Assembly (NCBI GenBank): GCA_000146045.2
Contig: BK006941.2
Location: forward strand, 832,001-896,000
From: TPA_inf: Saccharomyces
Taxonomy: Eukaryota
Direction: 5' to 3'
DNA: 64,000 nt
In this document: positions 54,073 through 64,000 of the stretch, in pieces
How the letters are laid out: every line of letters begins with the position of its first letter
Position numbering within the stretch: position 1 is the stretch's first letter
Made by a program: the position numbers and the translations under genes
Notes under the pieces: model-generated
Database searches by the model: none
Told to the model about the DNA's origin: nothing
Seen by the model: the letters and a program-made list of their open reading frames with translations, nothing else

Positions 54073-55875
54073 TTAGATGAGAGTCTTTTCCAGTTCGCTT
54101 AAGGGGACAATCTTGGAATTATAGCGATCCCAATTTTCATTATCCACATCGGATATGCTTTCCATTACATGCCATGGAAAATTGTCATTCAGAAATTTAT
54201 CAAAAGGAACTGCAATTTTATTAGAGTCATATAACAATGACCACATGGCCTTATAACAACCACCAAGGGCACATGAGTTTGGTGTTTCTAGCCTAAAATT
54301 ACCCTTTGTAGCACCAATGACTTGAGCAAACTTCTTCACAATAGCATCGTTTTTAGAAGCCCCACCTACAAAAAAAGTCCTTTCTGGCCTTTTATTTAGG
54401 TAGTCCCGCAGCGGAGATTCATCGTAATCAAACTTCACGATTGTATCTTCGTTCAGTCTCTGTTGTGAGCTTGCGTTTGAATCCGAAAGCAGGGGAGATA
54501 TTCTTACCCTGCAACTTAAAGCCTGTGATTCTACAATATTTTTGGCATCGTGCCTCTTGTCTTTGAACTTGGCCACCTCTCTTTCAATCATACCCGTTTT
54601 TGGATTGAAGATAACCCTTTTGTTTATGGCTTTTACGCTAGGAACGATCTCCCCCAGAGGAAAATATACACCTAATTCATTTTCACTACTTTCTGAGTCA
54701 TCTAGCACAGCTTGATTAAAAAGAGTCCAATCGTTAGTCTTCTCATAATTATTTTCCCGTTCTTTGTTTAACTCGTCTCTTATCCTCTCCCTTGCCAAAG
54801 AACCATTACAATAACAAATCATACCCATATAATGGTTTGGCAGAGTTGGATGAATGAAAAGATGATAGTTCGGAGAGGGGTGATACTTATCGGTGACCAG
54901 AAGAACTGTAGTACTTGTTCCTAGGGAAACGAGAACGTCATTCTTCCGCAGGGGTAAAGAACATATAGTGGCTAAATTATCCCCAGTCATGGGAGAGACC
55001 TTGCAGTTTGTATTGAAACCGTACTTCTCAATAAAATATTTACAGATGGTACCCGCTATCAAATTTTTCATGGGTGCTCTCATTAATTTTTGTCTGATAG
55101 TTTTATCCTTAGAAGAACTATCAATTAGATGTAGTAGCTCATCACTGAATTTTCTTTCACGTATATCATAAAGGTTCATACCACAGGCATCTGCCTCCTC
55201 TAATTCAACAAGATGGCCCACTAAGATAGAAGTCAAAAAATTAGACACTAAAGAAATGGTCTTTGTTTTTTCGTAAGCTTCTGGTTCTAATTGTGCAATT
55301 TTCAGAATTTGAGGACCAGTAAATCTAAAATGGGCTCTGGACCCTGTTAATTGAGCCATTTTTTCAGGCCCACCTATGCACTCTTCAAACTCTTGACATT
55401 GCTTTGCAGTACTGTGGTCTTGCCAATTGGGGGCGGTTTGCCTTGCAAATGCTACAGAGCTCACGTAGTGCAATAAATCTTTTTCCGGTTTCTTATTCAA
55501 TTGCTCTAACAGAGATTCGGCTTGGGAGGACCAGTAGACAGACCCGTGCTGCTGGCAGGACCCTGAGACGGCCATAACTTTGTTCAATGGAAATTTAGCC
55601 TCGCGATATTTCGAGAGAACCAGATCTAGAGCCTCTAACCACATGGCTACGGGACATTCGATAGTGTCGCCGTGTATATAGACACCCTTCTTTGTGTGAT
55701 AATGCGGAAGATCCTTTTCAAATTCCACTGTTTCTGAATGGACAATTTTTAGGTCCTGGTTAATGGCGAGACATTTCAGTTGTTGGGTCGAAAGATCAAA
55801 CCCAAGATAGTATGAGTCTAAAGACATTGTGTTGGAAACCTCTCTTGTCTGTCTCTGAATTACTGAACACAACAT
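54073..55875 (-). CDS. XKS1: Xylulokinase (FGGY carbohydrate kinase family)
   Basis: 600-aa ORF with FGGY N- and C-terminal domains (YYLGFDLSTQQLKCLAINQDLKIVHSE..., ...FFVGGASKNDAIVKKFAQVIGA); matches Xks1. Confidence 0.93.
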   Translation of the reverse strand: MLCSVIQRQTREVSNTMSLDSYYLGFDLSTQQLKCLAINQDLKIVHSETVEFEKDLPHYHTKKGVYIHGDTIECPVAMWLEALDLVLSKYREAKFPLNKVMAVSGSCQQHGSVYWSSQAESLLEQLNKKPEKDLLHYVSSVAFARQTAPNWQDHSTAKQCQEFEECIGGPEKMAQLTGSRAHFRFTGPQILKIAQLEPEAYEKTKTISLVSNFLTSILVGHLVELEEADACGMNLYDIRERKFSDELLHLIDSSSKDKTIRQKLMRAPMKNLIAGTICKYFIEKYGFNTNCKVSPMTGDNLATICSLPLRKNDVLVSLGTSTTVLLVTDKYHPSPNYHLFIHPTLPNHYMGMICYCNGSLARERIRDELNKERENNYEKTNDWTLFNQAVLDDSESSENELGVYFPLGEIVPSVKAINKRVIFNPKTGMIEREVAKFKDKRHDAKNIVESQALSCRVRISPLLSDSNASSQQRLNEDTIVKFDYDESPLRDYLNKRPERTFFVGGASKNDAIVKKFAQVIGATKGNFRLETPNSCALGGCYKAMWSLLYDSNKIAVPFDKFLNDNFPWHVMESISDVDNENWDRYNSKIVPLSELEKTLI

Positions 55876-56881
55876 TAAAGTACTAATCTCATCCTCCTTT
55901 TGTTTTTCTCGAGAGGGCCCCCTTATTCGTCCGCCTGAGATTGCATTGGCCGAATTGAAAAGTGACAGTTATGCACCTCAGCGGCTATTCCCTGCGTCGC
56001 TTGCTGAAGATTGAGGATTATAGGAAGTAGTAAGCTGGAAATGGTAATTTGTAAAAAGAAAATTTCTAATACTGTGACAATGTTATTAAATCGGGGTTGT
56101 TTTTGTTTGGGGCGGCCAGCGGAATAATTTGTTTTCAAGGACAGCAGAAGCTCAGAAGAACAAAATCTCCGTGATCTTTTAAACTTTTTTCCATTCTGAT
56201 GGAATAATGGTCTTGATCCCCTAAATATTTCCTTTTTTATTGCAATTATGATAGAAATTAATAGTAGTCTATGCTGGATGATATATATATCTCTTTTGAG
56301 CTTGCTTCAAATTTTTTCCCGTTATAATGATGAGTGTTTTGCTTATTAAGGGTCTAGGACATTTCTATCAGTTTCTATACCAAAAGAAGAAAAAGTGGAG
56401 AATTGTTTGTTTATTTTAATATTTTGTTCTTTAGTTTTAAAAATTCAGAAGAGAAAAAAATTTTATTTGTCACAAGGAAATAAAACATAAACAAAAAAGA
56501 AAAATTAAGATTTGCAATTCTGCCGCTTAAGCAAAAGTAGATCATTCACTGGAATATATATATATAAACGCATTTATAATCTTGTAACGTGCACTCAATT
56601 TAGCTACGAAAGCCAACCAGCAAGGAACCTTTTATTTGAGTAGGTACATTTACATCTTCGGGTAACGCGGTGAAATTGAAAAATTTTAAGGCATTAATAA
56701 TTGAAAAGCTAGAAGAAATGGATGAATGAATGACATTGCGAACCATTGTGCAATGAACATCATCCAAAAGAAAACATCATTTACACATATTTTCTTTCCA
56801 GGGTCCCACTGGTAAAATCTATTAACATATAAAAAGATTTACAAAAAAACTTTAGTGCCATAACTACAGCAGGATCATCAT

Positions 56882-57622
56882 ATGTCAAGACTAGAAATAT
56901 ACTCGCCAGAAGGGCTACGTCTCGATGGACGTCGATGGAATGAACTCCGCCGTTTTGAAAGTTCCATCAACACACATCCGCACGCTGCAGACGGTTCATC
57001 CTACATGGAACAAGGTAACAACAAAATTATCACTCTTGTTAAAGGTCCAAAAGAGCCAAGATTGAAATCTCAAATGGATACCTCAAAGGCTTTATTGAAC
57101 GTATCGGTAAACATTACAAAATTCTCCAAATTCGAAAGAAGTAAATCAAGCCACAAGAATGAAAGGCGTGTTCTTGAGATACAAACCTCCCTGGTGAGGA
57201 TGTTTGAGAAGAATGTCATGCTGAATATCTACCCCAGAACAGTTATCGATATCGAGATCCATGTCCTTGAGCAAGATGGCGGTATTATGGGATCTTTAAT
57301 CAACGGTATTACCCTCGCTTTAATAGATGCCGGTATATCAATGTTCGATTACATAAGTGGTATATCCGTCGGGCTGTACGATACTACCCCATTATTAGAT
57401 ACCAATTCATTAGAAGAAAATGCTATGAGTACAGTGACACTAGGTGTGGTAGGGAAGTCAGAAAAACTTTCTCTTTTATTGGTGGAAGACAAAATTCCGT
57501 TAGATAGGTTAGAGAACGTTCTTGCCATCGGCATCGCAGGTGCTCATAGGGTAAGAGATTTGATGGATGAAGAACTGAGGAAACATGCTCAGAAAAGAGT
57601 CAGTAACGCCTCTGCTAGGTAG
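56882..57622 (+). CDS. SKI6: Exosome non-catalytic core subunit, RNase PH-like (Rrp41)
   Basis: 246-aa RNase PH-fold ORF MSRLEIYSPEGLRLDGRRWNELRRFESSIN...; matches Ski6/Rrp41 (YGR195W). Confidence 0.93.
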   Translation: MSRLEIYSPEGLRLDGRRWNELRRFESSINTHPHAADGSSYMEQGNNKIITLVKGPKEPRLKSQMDTSKALLNVSVNITKFSKFERSKSSHKNERRVLEIQTSLVRMFEKNVMLNIYPRTVIDIEIHVLEQDGGIMGSLINGITLALIDAGISMFDYISGISVGLYDTTPLLDTNSLEENAMSTVTLGVVGKSEKLSLLLVEDKIPLDRLENVLAIGIAGAHRVRDLMDEELRKHAQKRVSNASAR

Positions 57623-57732
57623 AATAAAAAACGCCATTAATTGCCACTGTTTATATAAAAGTACATAAAAAACAGTAAAATTGAAAATTGAACGCATTTA
57701 CATTTTCGTGTTTCTACCGTAAAGCAAAACGC

Positions 57733-60234
<2,502 letters not shown>

Positions 60235-60496
60235 TTAACTATAATGCAAGTTTTGTGTTTACCTTGTTAACCATGTATGAAAGTGGTATTTAGGAATACT
60301 TTTAAGTGCCTTACAGAATTCTTGGCATGAGAAAAACAAAATAGCTACCCGGAATGAAACACTAATGTGTCACCAAACAAACAAACGACGTTATATAATT
60401 GTTGTGATATTTGCATCTTCATCTTATGATGATGAGAATATAAATAATTTTTAATCGTATTAAGTGTATATATGAATAAGCTATTAACCCTACCCA

Positions 60497-62140
60497 TTAA
60501 TTTCCGGGCGGGTTGTTATTTTTATCAGTATTGGCCTCTGCCGGGCGGCTAGCACGCTGGGTAGCTGCTGCGACAGCGGCTTCTGCTGCTTGCATAGCAT
60601 TTTTTTGCATTTTTTTACCTGCAAACTTCATACAAAATGGCATCAAGGATGTATTGAGGGCAACCCATGCCACGAGAATACCGTAATTTCTTCCCATTTT
60701 TCTTTTGGTTAAATTCAAAAAAATCACTTTATAGATATCCACGGCATTATGGATTGGCATTATGTAGCCGTACCTGTAAAATTCGTTGTTCAAAACCATT
60801 GGGTAGAATGAAGCAGAAATATTTAATATGATCCACGTCATCAACCAAATACTCAGGTATGGAGGGCAGTAAGCTATAACTAAGCTGAGAACGTTTTCAT
60901 TGGCACCACCAACAGCCATCATTACCAACCACGTAGACATCCAATATACTACGAATCCTCCTCTGCCAAAGGCGGGGGTGAAATCGATCCTAAAAATTGC
61001 AGATACGGTACAGAATCCAATGGAAAGAAGAAAATAAGTTGCCCAGGAAATTAGAAGCCTGTAGATTAAAATATGCTTTGGCTTCAGAACTCTGGCCATT
61101 TCTCCGTGCAACTTACCATATAATGACAGTTGTAAAACGGTTAACAAAATACAATAAATCAGACCGACCTGCAGAGGGGCCATTAGAATACGATCAGCAA
61201 AGGGACGATAATCGTTGTAGGTGAACAACAACTGTCCTGCAATCGCCCAGTTCTCCATGTTTATATTAAGATCTCTGTCATTAGAAGTGATGTTGCTCAT
61301 CAATGAGGGAAGATATTCCTTGACGTAATATTTCTGAAGGCGGACCTCCAATTGTTGCATGAGTGGTAGAATGGTCGATTTAACACTCGATGGGTCACGA
61401 CCACTTTCAAACACGGATTCAAAAAAAATTGATGAATTGAACTCCGAGTTTGCGTCTTGGCTAATCAAAGAATTATACAAAGTGTCTGTAGCATTAGGTT
61501 TAACGTTTAACGCCAGCCAGTATCTCTCATCGTAAATTAAATCGACTATCTTTCTGTCAATTTCGGTGGAGTTCGTCGTACCAAATTTCCTATGAAATGA
61601 TGTTGCGTTGTATATATGCCATGTCCCGGGGACAGACGCTAACAATGAGGGTATGATCGCGGAAATAGATTGAACTGAAGTATTAGATGGCGCATCCTGC
61701 AATACAACAATATTTTTCACTTTGAAAAAGTAACGATCTGTTCCGTAACAGGCACCCCAGTAAATCGATATGAGCGATACACACACACAAGCAATGAAGA
61801 AGTTGTTCAAAACAAACTTCGAGAGAATCTTTTTCCTATGATTTCGCAGTCTTGGAGAAAAAAGCCCTGTTTGAATTCTTGCCAAGGGACCGCCGTCGTT
61901 ACCGCCCTTCTCTTCCTCATTAGCGCCACCTTCCCCCACAGATGACAATGAGGACGGCTTTTCATCAGGAGGCCGATAGTCTTCTAATGACTTTGCTAAG
62001 TCAGAAGAATGGCCGGAACCCTCAGCAAATCGCTGATTACTGTACGAAACCCCGTCCCTGCCGCCAGTAAATGCAGCTGCTGCTGCAAAACTAGGGTCCT
62101 CAATGTACTGTGACTCTTCATCACCAACCGATTTAGTCAT
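60497..62140 (-). CDS. SNG1: Multi-pass membrane protein (nitrosoguanidine resistance; putative transporter family)
   Basis: 547-aa ORF with hydrophilic N-terminus followed by 6 or more TM helices; matches Sng1 (YGR197C). Confidence 0.88.
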   Translation of the reverse strand: MTKSVGDEESQYIEDPSFAAAAAFTGGRDGVSYSNQRFAEGSGHSSDLAKSLEDYRPPDEKPSSLSSVGEGGANEEEKGGNDGGPLARIQTGLFSPRLRNHRKKILSKFVLNNFFIACVCVSLISIYWGACYGTDRYFFKVKNIVVLQDAPSNTSVQSISAIIPSLLASVPGTWHIYNATSFHRKFGTTNSTEIDRKIVDLIYDERYWLALNVKPNATDTLYNSLISQDANSEFNSSIFFESVFESGRDPSSVKSTILPLMQQLEVRLQKYYVKEYLPSLMSNITSNDRDLNINMENWAIAGQLLFTYNDYRPFADRILMAPLQVGLIYCILLTVLQLSLYGKLHGEMARVLKPKHILIYRLLISWATYFLLSIGFCTVSAIFRIDFTPAFGRGGFVVYWMSTWLVMMAVGGANENVLSLVIAYCPPYLSIWLMTWIILNISASFYPMVLNNEFYRYGYIMPIHNAVDIYKVIFLNLTKRKMGRNYGILVAWVALNTSLMPFCMKFAGKKMQKNAMQAAEAAVAAATQRASRPAEANTDKNNNPPGN

Positions 62141-62692
62141 ATTTGTTCTCTGTACGGCTACTTACACTTATGTCAGTACCCGATTCTTACGGCGTATAAA
62201 AGATTAAAGAAACAGGATATGTGGCTTGATATATACAAAAAAAAAGAACGATATGGAGTACACTATGTATCTCTCAACAATGCTAAGATATGAAGACGCT
62301 TATTGACTACGCCAGTCCGTTTTCCATTCCCTTCTTCGAATAGGGTGGCCCGTTGATGACAAAGCTGCGAGTCATCTATCATCAAACAAACTCACGGCTT
62401 TCGCTTTTCTTTAGTCTATTTCGGATTGTACCACCTCCTCGGACATTCATAAAAGGATTCGAAAACGAATAACCACGCATATACACGGAAATAGGAGAAA
62501 ACTAAACGGGAATCGGTTTATTTTTTTCTCAACATTTCTTTTTCCTGATTTTCCATCCTTTTCGAGATCCACCTATTGTGGTGAAAAATAACGAAAATAT
62601 GTGCTTTAGGTGTGCAAGGCATAATGTGTGGCATACTGGAAGGAACAAGTTGAACACGCCAGCTGGAAAGAAGTTCAATACCAACTTGCCCA

Positions 62693-64000
62693 ATGCCTAA
62701 CTCAAATGTTCGGATTCCTCCTACTGTTCCATCGAAGATAATAGATGTGGTCGACCAAGCGCTAAGAGCGCGACTCTTAGGTGGCAGCACCTTCAATTCA
62801 GGGTTTGATAGTTTAGATTCCGTACTTAACTTACAGTTTAGACTACATTACCATGTTATTGGATCGAATGGGCCTGCAAAACCAGTTTGTGATGTTTTAC
62901 TGAAGGAAAGTCAAAATTTAGAAAAGAATATGAGTATGATGGAGGAGTTGAATGACTATCCGGAGATTACAAAACTAGTGGAGAAAATTCTGTTCAATTG
63001 CCTCGGTATTCTTTTCTTCCACAGGGGCCAATTTCAGGAATCGCAGCGGTGCTTGCTGCACTCGTTGAAAATTCATAATAACACTGCATCGCAAAAAACA
63101 GCACTTATGGAGCAGTATGATAGGTATTTGATCGTAGAAAACCTGTACTACCGTGGTCTAGTTTCGCAAGACATAAATATCATGCAAAATGTTTTTTACA
63201 AAGAACTACTGGCCCACGTGGATACGATCCCTCCCGAATCAAACGGTCTTCTTTTCGAATACATCAGCTTGATCGTCGCAAAACTCAGGTTCAATCAAAT
63301 TCAGGATTTAGCAGAAAATTTTAAAACTACCGTCGAAAATCCTTTTATTCTTTTCCTTTACATGATAAAGAAGTTCCAGTCACCTCTCAAAAAGCACATT
63401 GATAATGATGATCTTTATTTGAAGTTCGGACAGAACGTTTTGTTGAAGGCCAAATTTCCTACTGCTAGTGAGACAAATGATGAAGCTTTGGAGCATTTTA
63501 ATGTCTTTTTGCAGTATTATTTCAAATTCACTCACATAAAAAAAATAAAAGTGAATCCCAGTTGGTATAATTTCATAATATCTTCAATGGAAAAGACTTT
63601 TCAAAGTATTGAAGTTTCGAAAACAGCAATGTTTCTTTTCCAAAACCTAAGCGATAACAGTAATGACGAAATAAAGAAGAAGACATTTAAAAGAGAATCT
63701 ATACTAAATTTTGTTAATTTTGTGAAATACAACGACAAGTACTATCAACTGCACGATAACTCCCACCGTGACATAATTTCATTCATTGATGCGTATTCTT
63801 TTATTTTACAAAACTCCTCCAAAACCGATTCAATCGAAAATGTTTTTGATTACGATAATACGGTATCTACGTTTGCGACTTCCTTGAATTCCTTCTACAA
63901 AGAATATAATTTGCCATTAATGAGCCAATCAGAATCTTTAGATTGGCTAGAAAACAGCACCAGATGTGTATACCCAGGAAACATTTCGAAAGTTCTAACA
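62693..64000 (+). CDS. YPP1: Cargo-transport/PI4-kinase (Stt4) plasma-membrane scaffold protein, 5' portion only (ORF continues beyond the window)
   Basis: Open frame from ATG at 62693 (MPNSNVRIPPTVPSKIIDVVDQALRARLLGGSTF...) with no stop before the window end; it has no stop in the window and so is missing from the ORF track. Position divergent from SNG1 matches YGR198W. Confidence 0.8.
   Translation, partial: MPNSNVRIPPTVPSKIIDVVDQALRARLLGGSTFNSGFDSLDSVLNLQFRLHYHVIGSNGPAKPVCDVLLKESQNLEKNMSMMEELNDYPEITKLVEKILFNCLGILFFHRGQFQESQRCLLHSLKIHNNTASQKTALMEQYDRYLIVENLYYRGLVSQDINIMQNVFYKELLAHVDTIPPESNGLLFEYISLIVAKLRFNQIQDLAENFKTTVENPFILFLYMIKKFQSPLKKHIDNDDLYLKFGQNVLLKAKFPTASETNDEALEHFNVFLQYYFKFTHIKKIKVNPSWYNFIISSMEKTFQSIEVSKTAMFLFQNLSDNSNDEIKKKTFKRESILNFVNFVKYNDKYYQLHDNSHRDIISFIDAYSFILQNSSKTDSIENVFDYDNTVSTFATSLNSFYKEYNLPLMSQSESLDWLENSTRCVYPGNISKVLT

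Overview
This window looks like ordinary, well-characterised Saccharomyces cerevisiae nuclear DNA; it is collinear with the chromosome VII right-arm block from CLC1 (YGR167W) to the 5' part of YPP1 (YGR198W), probably about chrVII 832-896 kb. I found no evidence of a novel or undescribed system. Every long ORF translates to a protein I recognise from memory, and intergenic lengths and composition are typical. I had no tools and could not run BLAST, tRNAscan or RNA-seq; all identifications and element boundaries come from reading the sequence and recalled knowledge, so coordinates of non-coding elements are approximate.

Genes called, in order: CLC1(+), PEX35/YGR168C(-), PUS6(-), LSO2(-), PSD2(+), MSM1(-), YIP1(-), RBG2(+), CBP4(-), ERG1(-), ATF2(-), PBP1(-), OKP1(-), RNR4(-), TIM13(+), QCR9(-), UBR1(-), TYS1(-), TFG1(+), HGH1(-), BUB1(-), CRH1(-), HIP1(+), TDH3(-), PDX1(-), XKS1(-), SKI6/RRP41(+), FYV8(-), SNG1(-), YPP1(+, runs past the window end). 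QCR9 is spliced: exon 1 is only the ATG, followed by a 213-nt intron with a canonical GTATGT 5' site, TACTAAC branch point and TAG 3' site.

Four RNA polymerase III tRNA genes are present: tRNA-Gly(GCC)+, tRNA-Leu(CAA)- with a 32-nt intron, tRNA-Lys(CUU)+, and tRNA-Trp(CCA)- with a 34-nt intron. Three of them have Ty LTR scars directly upstream: a solo Ty3 sigma about 17 bp from tRNA-Gly, a solo Ty1 delta plus an extra delta-end fragment upstream of tRNA-Lys, and a cluster of degenerate delta fragments upstream of tRNA-Trp. A possible LTR remnant lies upstream of tRNA-Leu.

Regulatory and repeat signals worth a look: the classical TDH3 (GPD) promoter with TATA, a Rap1 site and Gcr1 CT-boxes; a near-perfect RFX/Crt1 X-box palindrome inside an unusually GC-rich block upstream of RNR4; a HAP-complex CCAAT box upstream of QCR9; a (TA)10 plus A16 tract in the ERG1 promoter; and in-frame coding minisatellites in CRH1 (24 bp) and FYV8 (30 bp). 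Several ORF-track starts extend beyond the starts I recall as annotated (BUB1, ATF2, HGH1, PUS6). Antisense and overlapping ORFs in the track are rejected as codon-bias shadows or dubious ORFs.
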